Translations under genes and position numbers: made by a program
In this document: positions 30,047-40,034 of the stretch, piece after piece
Numbering within the stretch: position 1 is the first letter of the stretch
How the letters are laid out: each line of letters begins with the position of its first letter
Notes under the pieces: model-generated
The model's input: only the letters and a program-made list of their open reading frames with translations
Told to the model about the DNA's origin: nothing
Database searches by the model: none
Virus record (IMG/VR): IMGVR_UViG_3300010224_000001
Coordinates: 192,001 to 256,000 of that record
DNA: 64,000 nt
Direction: 5' to 3' (one strand)
Source of the DNA: a virus

Positions 30047-30886
30047 TTACACGAGCTGGTGTTCGTTACCCGGACGTTTGAATTCATCGTCGAAACGAAT
30101 ATCAGAAATCACATTCGGGAGAACTGCTTCGCCCATGAATGCGAAGTTCTTCTTAACTGCGTTGATGATTTCTTTCTTCATCACATCACGCGATACCCAG
30201 TTAGCCAGATCAATAGGGGTGTCGTGGTGCAGAGTAAAACGACTGTCGGAACGAGCCACAACAAAGCGACTCTTCTTACCGAACATGTAAAACTCGCCGG
30301 TCATACCCCAGGCCATCGGGTTAGTGTAGTAATGAAGATTGCAATTCTCTTCCTCGTCTGTGGAGGAGTAGAAGCTAAGGCTCTTACCGAGAACGATATT
30401 CAGATTAACATTGTCGGGAGTGCCCATCATGTTAAAGTTAGAGATACGTTCGTAACGATGGCGGCCGCCCATGCTGTAGATGGAATGGAGAATCTGACCG
30501 CACCATTCACCGATTGCACGGAAAGTTTCACGCTCAACATCTTCTTTGGTGAGACCTTGTGCATTATTAAAGGCACGCAGCTTACTACCGTGGATATTCG
30601 TGACTTGACGCTCGACATTGATCCCGAGTACATCCTTAGCGTATTTGCTGATCATTTCGTGCAGCTTTTCACCCATGACTGCCGTGACATTATCGTGGTT
30701 ATCCGTCAGAGGTTGCTTATTAGTGAAGGCGATGTAGAACTTGATGTCTTGACCGGTGTCTTTATTGTAATAATTGACATGGTGGTCCGGAAGGTCAGCC
30801 AAGCTTTCAGTCGTTTTAACTGTCGGTTCGGCGATCAGATGGAGGGTGATGTACGGGAGAACCAGAGTGTCGAGAATGGTTTGCAT
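30047..30886 (-). CDS. hypothetical protein (paralog of 445-1215)
   Basis: LVLPYITL, IVLGKSLSF, GEFYMFGKKSRFVVARS. Confidence 0.7.
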   Translation of the reverse strand: MQTILDTLVLPYITLHLIAEPTVKTTESLADLPDHHVNYYNKDTGQDIKFYIAFTNKQPLTDNHDNVTAVMGEKLHEMISKYAKDVLGINVERQVTNIHGSKLRAFNNAQGLTKEDVERETFRAIGEWCGQILHSIYSMGGRHRYERISNFNMMGTPDNVNLNIVLGKSLSFYSSTDEEENCNLHYYTNPMAWGMTGEFYMFGKKSRFVVARSDSRFTLHHDTPIDLANWVSRDVMKKEIINAVKKNFAFMGEAVLPNVISDIRFDDEFKRPGNEHQLV

Positions 30887-30918
30887 GATGAATTTCCTTT
30901 TCTATTGATGTGATTGAA

Positions 30919-31221
30919 TTACAGGTTTTCGATTTTTGCTTTTATGTCTTTGATTTCTGAACGTAAATTAAATTGCTGTTTTGCCATCGCAGCGGCCGGA
31001 GTATCTTTGAGTTCAAGCACCGCGTTCGCGAGTTCGGTTAATGTAATGCCTAACACTCTCACTAGAGCATCCGCGGTGATAAAGTCAAGATTTAACTTAG
31101 CATTCTCAATGCGACTAACTGTATAACCTGGCAGATTAGCTGATAGCGACAAAGCCTGAGCTGTCAATTTACGTTTTTGGCGTAACTTGCGTAGCGCCAA
31201 ACCTACTACAACTGAGTCCAT
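30919..31221 (-). CDS. XRE-family HTH protein
   Basis: LRKLRQKRKLT..LS...TVSRIENA..LVRVLGITLTEL. Confidence 0.8.
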   Translation of the reverse strand: MDSVVVGLALRKLRQKRKLTAQALSLSANLPGYTVSRIENAKLNLDFITADALVRVLGITLTELANAVLELKDTPAAAMAKQQFNLRSEIKDIKAKIENL

Positions 31222-31230
31222 GACCTAACC

Positions 31231-31905
31231 TTAGTTGTTCTTACTGAAATGCTTCAGATAAAGGTCAGCAGCCTTCATCCAATCGTTCCACTTCTTTTGA
31301 TGGCCTTCAGTCATTTTAATGCTGACATTCTCAGCACCGATTTTACGACTTATCAGCAGGTGAGACAACCAGTGGATCAAACGACCAGCCATCGATTGCT
31401 CGGGAATACCGAGTTCTTTTTGCAGCAGGTAGTTAAGATGGAAGACGTCAATATTCCACAACTCTTTTACCTTAGGCATTGGGATCGTGTCGTAATTCGG
31501 AAACTCACGAATCTTTGCCATGTCTCGCATATACCGCACGAGTTTATACGGCGTGTCCAACATGCGGATGTCACGATGTCCATTAATGTAAGCAAACACC
31601 GAACGATCAGGATCGTCAGACTCCAAATCACAGATACGAATTGGAGCGCGAGCACCCATCTGGTTAAGCATACGCGCATGAGCAATGCTGTACTCTACCG
31701 GCAGCACATTGTAGGCGATGTCAGACAAGACTTCCAGCAGGCTGAAGTTTTCCAGTTCGACGGCAGACACACGTGCCGTATCATTTTCAAACGAACTAGC
31801 ATACATCTGTTTACGAGATGCAGGCGCACAACCACCATACGCAAAAGGGTTTAAGCCATTTGTCACATTGAGTTCTGAATAATGCTGATTTGGTTCATGT
31901 TTCAT
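31231..31905 (-). CDS. hypothetical protein with N-terminal RNAP-beta-like peptide
   Basis: GLNPF...ASRKQMYASS resembles the LxPF..R..M.S motif of RNAP beta. Confidence 0.6.
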   Translation of the reverse strand: MKHEPNQHYSELNVTNGLNPFAYGGCAPASRKQMYASSFENDTARVSAVELENFSLLEVLSDIAYNVLPVEYSIAHARMLNQMGARAPIRICDLESDDPDRSVFAYINGHRDIRMLDTPYKLVRYMRDMAKIREFPNYDTIPMPKVKELWNIDVFHLNYLLQKELGIPEQSMAGRLIHWLSHLLISRKIGAENVSIKMTEGHQKKWNDWMKAADLYLKHFSKNN

Positions 31906-31919
31906 TGTCTTCTCCTTTA

Positions 31920-32120
31920 TTAGCCATCATCTTTCTCGCGCACCAAGGCTTGAAAGTATTCTTGATTAAGTCGAGGGAAACCAGCGCGGTCATTATCCAC
32001 GTACGCCACTGCAGCAATTCCGCCTTGAGGTTCCCAGCCGTTTCGAAGGAAGGAATTCACAATACCTTCGAGTTCGGTGAGTGTATCACCGGCAGCAGTC
32101 GTGTATTCAAGAACAGCCAT
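31920..32120 (-). CDS. DUF1737-like small protein
   Basis: LEGIVNSFLRNGWEPQGG..YFQALV. Confidence 0.65.
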   Translation of the reverse strand: MAVLEYTTAAGDTLTELEGIVNSFLRNGWEPQGGIAAVAYVDNDRAGFPRLNQEYFQALVREKDDG

Positions 32121-32121
32121 G

Positions 32122-32907
32122 TTAATTTTCCTTATTATCTTTAGGTGGGTGTTCGGAAATATCACGAACCGCTTTCATGACATCCACTTCTTCTAATGAA
32201 ATCTGAGGAAGTAGATCAAAACTGTATTTGATCGCGTGTCCAGATTCATTCAACTTTCGTTGTTTACCACGTTGGAAGGTCAGCACTTTACCAAAGTGTT
32301 CATTTACAATGAAAGCAGCACTTACGTAAGTATCGAGAAGATCAGGTTTCTTTTCACCACCGATATCACTTTGCTTAAGATTCACGCCTTTGACGTCGAT
32401 AGGTGCAAGCAGGGAGAAATCAGGAGCACCAATTTGCGGAACGAACGTGTCAAACGTGTAGTGATCAGGCACTTTAGGAACACTGAACGCGATGTTTGCA
32501 TCACGCGCAAAACTACGCAGGTTGTCAAACAACTTGTCAAACTCGTGATTCTCTCGAGGCGTGTCGACGAAACTGAATGGTTTGAAATCGCCAGGTAGTT
32601 CATCATGGACGTCAGCATGAATACTACGCGGATTCATACCGCGTTTACCAAAATCGAAGAACCGATATTCCGTACGTTCACCAGTCGCAATAAGCTTGAA
32701 AATATTGGAAGACATAGTTGACATTTCTTCCATGAATTCGCGATAATCATTATCGATATCAGGGAAAGGTACAAATGTCGCCAATGTATAAACTCGCACA
32801 GCAAGCATACGTACTTCCTGATCGGTCGGAGCAATACGACGTAATTGTTCTGCTTGACCAAATGCGACCTTGGCAGCATATTCGCGATGTTGTTCTTTGC
32901 TTAACAC
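32122..32907 (-). CDS. hypothetical protein
   Basis: 261 aa, AGGAG RBS. Confidence 0.65.
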   Translation of the reverse strand: MLSKEQHREYAAKVAFGQAEQLRRIAPTDQEVRMLAVRVYTLATFVPFPDIDNDYREFMEEMSTMSSNIFKLIATGERTEYRFFDFGKRGMNPRSIHADVHDELPGDFKPFSFVDTPRENHEFDKLFDNLRSFARDANIAFSVPKVPDHYTFDTFVPQIGAPDFSLLAPIDVKGVNLKQSDIGGEKKPDLLDTYVSAAFIVNEHFGKVLTFQRGKQRKLNESGHAIKYSFDLLPQISLEEVDVMKAVRDISEHPPKDNKEN

Positions 32908-32945
32908 GGAGCACTCCTTTATTAAAGTTGGATTATTGATTCTTA

Positions 32946-33278
32946 TTAGAGACGCTTTAACAACGCCATAAACAACCTGCTGGGTTCTTTGACCTCTTTG
33001 GTATAATCAGGCTGTTCATCCATTCGAGTGATGTATTGCGGTCCATCAAAGAAATGTGGACGAATTGGACTAAGGCCATGCAAATCGCCCACCATCACAA
33101 CTCTTTGCACATCTTTAAGTGGAACCATACTACATCCAGCTTCAATCAAAGCGTCTTTAATCTTACCCGAGACGTTTGGATCTAACCCATTATCGTCGAT
33201 GGCTATTTCTGTCCCTGTAAACTTCTTAGCAAGAACGTCAGCAGCCATTCTAGTAATAAGTTTCTGTCTGTTATTCAT
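32946..33278 (-). CDS. hypothetical protein
   Basis: 110 aa ORF. Confidence 0.6.
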   Translation of the reverse strand: MNNRQKLITRMAADVLAKKFTGTEIAIDDNGLDPNVSGKIKDALIEAGCSMVPLKDVQRVVMVGDLHGLSPIRPHFFDGPQYITRMDEQPDYTKEVKEPSRLFMALLKRL

Positions 33279-33828
33279 CAGCTTTTGGTTCAGGAAAGAT
33301 TGCCGAAATCACGGTGGTGATCTTGGTTTTCTCGGGCGGATTCATTGGCTTGGATTTGAGCTTAACTGGAGAATCCTTTGGAGGGCCAGTTAGCCAGTCA
33401 GGACAGGAATCTACTTCAAACATCGTTTTGCAATCTTGATAGCTTTTGATATTGACAGTATCAAAAGCTGGAGCTTCCAAATCGAATGCGATGTGTGTCG
33501 CTTTTAAGTATCGCTCACGCAAGACTGGATTGCTCATGATCAGATGCCAGGTAAGCAGGCTCTTACCGCTGAACAACTGATGATGATCTTCCGGACCAAG
33601 TACCACATCGTCTTTGCCTTCGAAGAGTGCTTTCAATCCAGGACTCATCGCAGGTCGAAAATGCGCCGTTCCTTGCACGTAAAGCTCACCTCGTCTGAAA
33701 CCACCTTCCAACATCTGACTTAAATTAGGAAGGAGGCCAACAGGAAGCTTTTTACTCGCATCACTTTTCAGCTTAGCGATGAGAGCATCCTGGTAAGGAC
33801 GCAACGGAATGACATTATCGTCGCTCAT
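33271..33828 (-). CDS. hypothetical protein with DnaB-helicase-like fragment
   Basis: LSQMLEGGFRRGELYV...SGKSLL..IAFDLE resembles the DnaB/RecA-fold Walker A region, interrupted. Confidence 0.55.
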   Translation of the reverse strand: MSDDNVIPLRPYQDALIAKLKSDASKKLPVGLLPNLSQMLEGGFRRGELYVQGTAHFRPAMSPGLKALFEGKDDVVLGPEDHHQLFSGKSLLTWHLIMSNPVLRERYLKATHIAFDLEAPAFDTVNIKSYQDCKTMFEVDSCPDWLTGPPKDSPVKLKSKPMNPPEKTKITTVISAIFPEPKADE

Positions 33829-33830
33829 GA

Positions 33831-34118
33831 TTACTCCTTTCGAGTATAAGAGATTTCGGTGGTGCGAATGGTGAAGTTCTTACCTTTCAGCGGTGCGGAG
33901 AATTCATTATTCTCTTCACGAATCAATGTACGCAACGAATAGAGACAACGCAAACGTGCCAAACATTCGATGTGAATATGTAATTCCGCTGGATCATCAA
34001 TTGAATGGATGGGTGGTTGAATATTCGTGTGATGATAATCGCTCTCATGCAACACTTCACCGCTTTGAATATCAATCGCTTGAAACTTCATTGTTACGTC
34101 GAATCCGGTTGGTGCCAT
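33831..34118 (-). CDS. hypothetical protein
   Basis: 95 aa ORF. Confidence 0.55.
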   Translation of the reverse strand: MAPTGFDVTMKFQAIDIQSGEVLHESDYHHTNIQPPIHSIDDPAELHIHIECLARLRCLYSLRTLIREENNEFSAPLKGKNFTIRTTEISYTRKE

Positions 34119-34700
34119 TTACGCTGCCTCCAATTGTTCAGGGATTGCTTTTGCTTCTTGCTTTTCTTGCGCAAGAGTCTGCATCATCTTGATCCGTTCC
34201 AGTGTTTCAAACGGATAGCTCTGCATGTTCTTTTCAATGACGCGCTCGTAATAGTTCTTGACTTCGAAGTTAACATGCTTGAGTTCGAGCAAGTTAAGCT
34301 TATCAGTCAGAAGACTCGTAACGTTCAGAGCTTCAGTAACGTCGTCAAGTTCCATCATACGGAGAATGAATTCACCCGTCAGATGTACCCGGACCATCAT
34401 CGCACCCAAACGGTCCAAACCTGCCGAGAATACTTCTTCCAATTCAGGATTGTATTCGTAGTAGTGCTGAGCAATGTAAAGACCCATGATGATGCGATAG
34501 TGCACAAACATCCAGTCTTTCATATCAGCTTCGCGCGCCCCGAGTTTTACCAGGCAGCTAATTGCATGCTGCGCTTGCCGAGCTTTCTCACGTTGCTCAG
34601 GTGTCGCTGTCTCCACTACTAACGGCTCGCGATGAACCGGTTTAGGGCTCATCACTTTTGCTTTTGTAGTTGGTTTTCGTTTCGATTTGCTTGTCGGCAT
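34119..34700 (-). CDS. hypothetical protein
   Basis: Start probably MPTSKSK; downstream of promoter at 34833. Confidence 0.6.
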   Translation of the reverse strand: MPTSKSKRKPTTKAKVMSPKPVHREPLVVETATPEQREKARQAQHAISCLVKLGAREADMKDWMFVHYRIIMGLYIAQHYYEYNPELEEVFSAGLDRLGAMMVRVHLTGEFILRMMELDDVTEALNVTSLLTDKLNLLELKHVNFEVKNYYERVIEKNMQSYPFETLERIKMMQTLAQEKQEAKAIPEQLEAA

Positions 34701-34832
34701 AGTTTCTTTTGATTGAGAGTTTACTTGTTTATTATTAAACAACGAATAGACATGCTTCGCCTACCTTAAAATAAGAGTGAAGAATCTTTTTTTGCTTCTA
34801 CATCAAGATTCATCTTCCTCTTACTCAAGGTA

Positions 34833-34850
34833 GTAATATATGCCCAATTT
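34833..34850 (-). promoter_or_regulatory. putative early promoter (exact TATATTAC)
   Basis: Minus strand AAATTGGGCATATATTAC. Confidence 0.55.
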
Positions 34851-34934
34851 ATTTTACAAACATAGAAAAAAAAAGAAGACTACGCCACAACTCTACTACG
34901 CTTTTAAGGGCGTAGTAGAGCGTGGTGAAGTTAA

Positions 34935-35327
34935 TTAAACTTCAAGTGGTGTTGTGCTGTGAATGATGGTGGCAATGCTCCAGGTCTGCGAGTTGATATT
35001 GCGTTCCAATTCTTCGTAAGCATCTTGCGGCACTTTACCACGTACGTTCGCCAGGTACTGATGAGCGACTTCAGCGGTAGGACGTGCACCGTTCGATGTG
35101 GCAAACACGTTGGTTTCTTTCACGTGCGGGTATTGCGAGACTTCTTGATTCGTTTCAATGTCCACGACATAGGCTTCCCAGTTAACGGATGCTTTCTGCG
35201 CGACTACCGTTACTGCGGGCACGTTCACGAGTTGGCCCGAACGATCGGACCAGATACGACGGCGAACCACAGGTGCAGCAAACAGAGCGGGGTTGATAGC
35301 AGTAGCATACGAAGCATGTACGTTCAT
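34935..35327 (-). CDS. hypothetical protein
   Basis: 130 aa, GAGGA RBS, long hairpin terminator at 34891-34920. Confidence 0.7.
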   Translation of the reverse strand: MNVHASYATAINPALFAAPVVRRRIWSDRSGQLVNVPAVTVVAQKASVNWEAYVVDIETNQEVSQYPHVKETNVFATSNGARPTAEVAHQYLANVRGKVPQDAYEELERNINSQTWSIATIIHSTTPLEV

Positions 35328-35462
35328 TTAAGTATTTCCTCTTTATTTAAAGCCACGTCTAGGTGTGGACTTTCTTACCATGAAAAGATAAAGTTAGCTG
35401 TTGTATCAGCTGGATGTTTATAGTACTGCAGTCCTGTTCCGGATCCAGGACCTCTTGGTTGA

Positions 35463-35870
35463 TTAAGCCATAGCAGCACTGGCTCGTGGGACTCTTGTGT
35501 CAAGATTAAACAACATTAAACTCAACTTGCTCTTCACATAACGACGTGTGGTCGTGCCACAATACGTTAGCTTGCCATATCGACGCACAACGTCAGGCAA
35601 TTGAAGCAGTTGTTCGAATGAATCAATCAGATCAGACAGAGTCGTGTCAGGATCTAATTGAGTAGGGTTAATCTCAGGCGAGAGTTTGAGCCCGAAACGA
35701 TAAAACTTGCTATCCCTGTAAGGAGCAGCAAGCATGAAACCGAAATTATCAACCGCTATTTTCGTAAGCTTGGTTGAAGAGTCGCCGCGCAGTTCTAACA
35801 CGCCAACTGGCGTCTCAATGCTGGCAACAGATGTACTGAAGAACATGATTCTATTCCTATAAAAAGACAT
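35463..35870 (-). CDS. hypothetical protein
   Basis: 135 aa ORF downstream of promoter motif at 35892. Confidence 0.6.
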   Translation of the reverse strand: MSFYRNRIMFFSTSVASIETPVGVLELRGDSSTKLTKIAVDNFGFMLAAPYRDSKFYRFGLKLSPEINPTQLDPDTTLSDLIDSFEQLLQLPDVVRRYGKLTYCGTTTRRYVKSKLSLMLFNLDTRVPRASAAMA

Positions 35871-35931
35871 TCCTAGTTGCTCACCAGGAGAGTGATATAG
35901 GTCTTAAAAACTCTACATCACTCGGATTGTC

Positions 35932-36459
35932 TTAATACTTAGGCCCTGCTGTGAGATACTTGGCGGGATTCCAATAACCTGGGTTATCGATGTTGTCGCT
36001 ATAATCCCGAGGAATGTCGTATTGCGATTCAATCAGTAACGGCACAGCATTGCTAAACTTCTTTAAGTCAGTGGTTCTGACTAAGTAAGGCGAGAATGGA
36101 CTAGCCCAACCTCCGATGGTGTATGCCAGCTGTTCATTACCATCGTAAAGTTGGGATTCCAAAAGTTTCTTGTAGACGATGTCGATAAACCCCCTGCATA
36201 ACAAATCTACATGTTCAACTAGAGCCGGATTCTTTTCGATATCGGGAAAGTACTTATCCGCTATCTCAAAAGTCAATGCTTCTACCGCTTCTTTCTTGCA
36301 ATGCGCGTGATGCAAGAAACGTAAAGTATCGACAAAAATCCTTTCTATTTGAATGACTTGTCTACCCATGGTGTACACTGTTAAGAGTCTTGTAAACTCA
36401 GCCAGTGCTTGGGCGATGTCGAGAATAATGACTCGACTTTTGTTATTTGGGTTGTTCAT
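35932..36459 (-). CDS. hypothetical protein
   Basis: 175 aa ORF. Confidence 0.65.
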   Translation of the reverse strand: MNNPNNKSRVIILDIAQALAEFTRLLTVYTMGRQVIQIERIFVDTLRFLHHAHCKKEAVEALTFEIADKYFPDIEKNPALVEHVDLLCRGFIDIVYKKLLESQLYDGNEQLAYTIGGWASPFSPYLVRTTDLKKFSNAVPLLIESQYDIPRDYSDNIDNPGYWNPAKYLTAGPKY

Positions 36460-36940
36460 CGATCGTGTATGACCAGTTCTGATGCTTGTTAATCCTGGCT
36501 GTCCATTTCTCTAAAACGATGTCGTTGAAGTTCTCTGTCTTTACAGGAACAAGAGAATACGGTAAGTATCCTTTCAAAGTGCGCAAACCATACTCTTCAA
36601 TTTGTTCTTGAATGGTTTTTGAAAACGCTCTTGCGATCTCTCTGAAGTTACGTTTATCGTGCAGTTTACATTCTGCATCCACGTTTCCTTCACTGTCAAC
36701 TGACAGAGCATGATAAGGATAAGGTGGCAACCAGAGATTCATATCGGTTTTGATCAGCCAAGTGCGTGCTTTGCGTTCGGATTCACTGTAAATGTAAAGA
36801 GCGTCGATTAACTCGCTTACCTCTTTATTCAAACGACGACGCAGATATAGCTTCGGGCGTTCAGGGAACGATGCTTCAAGAATCTCTAGCATCGCTGGAT
36901 AGTTACCACCCGACGAGAGAACCAGTCTTTGTTTTTCCAT
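36443..36940 (-). CDS. hypothetical protein
   Basis: 165 aa, AGGAG RBS. Confidence 0.65.
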   Translation of the reverse strand: MEKQRLVLSSGGNYPAMLEILEASFPERPKLYLRRRLNKEVSELIDALYIYSESERKARTWLIKTDMNLWLPPYPYHALSVDSEGNVDAECKLHDKRNFREIARAFSKTIQEQIEEYGLRTLKGYLPYSLVPVKTENFNDIVLEKWTARINKHQNWSYTIDEQPK

Positions 36941-37061
36941 AATGCAGTTTTCTCCTTCACTAGATCAGAATGCTAAATATATTTGTGACGAAAAAATTGA
37001 CGTAGAACAAATTCTCAACCATACGGCATAAAGCCAGCCATAAAGGCTGGCCACTATGCTG

Positions 37062-37511
37062 TTATTTACGAGCGATTGGAGCGATTGATAAATCAATAAT
37101 ACGATAGAAGCCATTTAACTGAATCAGGACAGCACGTCTTCCTAATGGCTTATCTTCCCAACCACCACGTACTTGGGCAGGTTTATCATTGTAGACTAAA
37201 CCTTTACAGAGATGTTCAACTAACTCTTCAGCGGATACCGCGGTTTCAATCCAAGGAAACGCCATGATGTCGTAATCACGTAATTGTGACCCATGTGTAC
37301 CAATAGCGTAACCTACTTCTTTTGCCAATGCGCGAATTAAGTGTATGTCGGGATTTTCAGGTTCATCCCAACCAACAGCCACAGTACCGTCGTCACATTG
37401 CCAGCATGGCTTTAATGGAATGCTGTACATCTGCGTACCGTTGCAGACACCACACGGCTTCACCGGATATGGTTTCTTACGCATCGCGCTTTTCCACCTT
37501 GCGCTCTTCAA
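37062..37511 (-). CDS. hypothetical protein with Zn-finger N-terminus
   Basis: CGVC..CWQC; GYAIGTHGSQLRDYD motif (possible minimal NTase-like). Confidence 0.6.
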   Translation of the reverse strand: MKSARWKSAMRKKPYPVKPCGVCNGTQMYSIPLKPCWQCDDGTVAVGWDEPENPDIHLIRALAKEVGYAIGTHGSQLRDYDIMAFPWIETAVSAEELVEHLCKGLVYNDKPAQVRGGWEDKPLGRRAVLIQLNGFYRIIDLSIAPIARK

Positions 37512-38019
37512 TTACACGCATGATACCAAACGGTCCCCGACCTTCTACGTCGTCTGTGAATTCACCGTTCTTCAGCCAGCCATGATAACCAGGCACAACA
37601 ATCGAAGGCATTGCAGTCAGATTCAAACCTTCGCCTGTAATCTTCCAACCTTCACCATTGGTTGCTACTTGGTCAATAATCCACATGGAACCATTTGGAC
37701 ACATCACACAAATCGGTGGACGTTTATGGGAATGCTCTAACCAATAGAAGCGCGATAACATCGTACCTTTAAACGTGCCATTTTGAATACGTTCTAAAGC
37801 TTTGGTGCGCCGTTCTTCATCATCAGGATTTTGCGGATCAAAGATCCACGGCGTATACCACATCGTACCTGGTTTGATGATCCGTGGATCGTCACGCCAA
37901 AACCCTTTCTCGATCGCTTCTTCATTTAATCGAGAATGCTCTTTATCAGTTAAGAGCGTATGTATTTTCAAAGCCATGATAACTCTCCTGTCCCGTAACA
38001 TAGGATCAGGAGAGGACAT
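37477..38019 (-). CDS. hypothetical protein (DUF6527-like C-terminus)
   Basis: W..TG..LT.MPSI...YHGWLKNGEF. Confidence 0.6.
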   Translation of the reverse strand: MSSPDPMLRDRRVIMALKIHTLLTDKEHSRLNEEAIEKGFWRDDPRIIKPGTMWYTPWIFDPQNPDDEERRTKALERIQNGTFKGTMLSRFYWLEHSHKRPPICVMCPNGSMWIIDQVATNGEGWKITGEGLNLTAMPSIVVPGYHGWLKNGEFTDDVEGRGPFGIMRVIEERKVEKRDA

Positions 38020-38020
38020 G

Positions 38021-38413
38021 TTACTTCTGGAGTAAGAACGGCTTAAAGTAAGTCTCTAGCCATTCTTGGGGAAAGGGTTCGTCTGGTTTATCAACAGTAA
38101 ATGATTCGATCCACAGTTCGTCATTCTTAGGCGTATTGCGATGTCTGCCGTACAATGAAAGATTTTGATCACCTTCATTGATCTCAACATCAATGTAGTG
38201 TGTATCGTTATCCCAATAGACACCCGGCATATTCTTATCCATAGGACCGAAGTTGCCTTCATCATTACCGTACATGGGAATAGGTACAGATACAGACAAG
38301 CAAATCTTGTTAATGAAGTCTACCATCATCTTGCGTCTTAAATCCGTTAAGGGATAACTGTTCAATTCCTTTAACGTCACTTCTTTCGTACATACACGCT
38401 TTCCTAATGGCAT
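38021..38413 (-). CDS. hypothetical protein
   Basis: 130 aa, GGAGG RBS. Confidence 0.65.
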   Translation of the reverse strand: MPLGKRVCTKEVTLKELNSYPLTDLRRKMMVDFINKICLSVSVPIPMYGNDEGNFGPMDKNMPGVYWDNDTHYIDVEINEGDQNLSLYGRHRNTPKNDELWIESFTVDKPDEPFPQEWLETYFKPFLLQK

Positions 38414-38481
38414 GTTTTCCTCCTAGACGACGTCATAAAGCCAGTCCCGAAGGACTGGCCATCCACACAATCAAAAATAGA

Positions 38482-38765
38482 TTCAACACTAAGAAGGAAT
38501 ATGATTTTAGGTTCCAACGCCTTTTGATCAAAATCTTCTTAATGTTGAAACCTGGAGGAAGTTCCATGAATTTAACAGGAGTCTATCTCATGCTATTTTG
38601 TCTCGACTAATAGATACATAGCGTGTACTAAAAGGATCGAATGAGACGCGATAGGACGAGATTGCTTTAGCACTAAGCTAACTTCCAGTGAAAGGAGCTT
38701 CTATTAACCGCTGCTTGGAATCCAACTTTCAGCCAAAAGTTTAAAGGATTACGATTAATAGAAGC
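38482..38765 (-). ncRNA. candidate structured ncRNA(s): three tandem long stem-loop domains
   Basis: 15-bp and 14-bp terminal helices with G-U pairs on the minus strand; no credible ORF; terminator at 38430. Confidence 0.4.
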
Positions 38766-38771
38766 GTGATC

Positions 38772-39062
38772 TTAAATTGCTAACAGGCTGAGTAATTTAG
38801 CGAGACGATCGTTCACATTGCAAATGCTAGTATCAAGTCGATTGATGCTCTCACCAAGGGGCGAATACATCGGACGATCTTTAGGCTGCTCTGTCGGCGC
38901 ATCTGTAACATAATCACCAGTCAATACTGGAACCAGACGTCTCTCTAAACGACCGATATTCTCCTGGAGAAGAGAAAGCGAATCACGGGCCAATTGCAAA
39001 CAACCATCGACTTCACTAACACGTACGGGTTCATCTAAGGGAATATCTGAAACACAAGCCAT
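38772..39062 (-). CDS. hypothetical coiled-coil protein
   Basis: 96 aa ORF. Confidence 0.6.
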   Translation of the reverse strand: MACVSDIPLDEPVRVSEVDGCLQLARDSLSLLQENIGRLERRLVPVLTGDYVTDAPTEQPKDRPMYSPLGESINRLDTSICNVNDRLAKLLSLLAI

Positions 39063-39092
39063 ATTCTTTTTCTTTCAAGATATTAAGGAAAA

Positions 39093-39168
<76 letters not shown>

Positions 39169-39175
39169 AAAAACT

Positions 39176-39484
39176 TTACCAGCTAATTACAGTGCAGAGA
39201 ATTCGCGGTAAAGTAGGGAAGAAATTATCACGAATTGTTTTCTCTACAAACGACACTTTGAAACCTAAGTCTTCAAGACGCAACTTAATAGCAATCATTG
39301 TCGTAGTTGCTTGAGGTCTTTCTTCCAACCCGCAACGAGTCGCACCAACACCTTCGGATAAGGTGAGTTCGGTCTTACCTTTTGTAGCGCTTTCTTTAAT
39401 CTTAGCTTCAAGATCCATCATGATGACGGTCAGTTGAACTTCAGATGTGTTCGTTAACTCACGAGCTTGTTTAGCGGTGATCAT
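39176..39484 (-). CDS. hypothetical protein
   Basis: 102 aa MITAKQAREL. Confidence 0.6.
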   Translation of the reverse strand: MITAKQARELTNTSEVQLTVIMMDLEAKIKESATKGKTELTLSEGVGATRCGLEERPQATTTMIAIKLRLEDLGFKVSFVEKTIRDNFFPTLPRILCTVISW

Positions 39485-39504
39485 AATAAAGACTCAAGAA
39501 GAGT

Positions 39505-39581
39505 TGGTCTCCCGAACTGGGTTCGAACCAGTGACCCGCATCTTAGAAGGATGCTGCTCTATCCAACTGAGCTATCGGGAG
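39505..39581 (-). tRNA. tRNA-Arg(TCT)
   Basis: GCATC-CT-TCT-AA-GATGC, encoded CCA. Confidence 0.95.
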
Positions 39582-40034
39582 ACTGATACTTAATAGTTAG
39601 AGAACTCGTTATACCACTTCTTGATAAGCGGCATTGAATCTTTGATCACGACTACAGCTACAAGGATGTTAACCAGCGGGACCAGAGCAATCACTGCTGT
39701 AACAATCAGCTGAAGTTTATTACGACGGTTGTTCCAATCGAGACCCAGCAGAATCAGAGTAACAACCAGGCAGAACCAATAGATAAAGGCAAGCATGATT
39801 TCCTTAATGTTTTTAATAGTATCGTTTGCTAGACTCAGAAAGCTTTTCAAACAGTCGATCAGTGGTTTCTTGAATACTCATGATCCAGTCTAGAGTGGTT
39901 TGCCGATCAGGTAACGGAATACCCGAATCAACCATCTCGTCGTACAGAGGAATTGCTCTAATCAATCGAGCGAGATTCTTTTGTGCTCTTTCTTTCATAG
40001 ACATCATAAGCTTCCTCTGTACGTAAAACACTTC

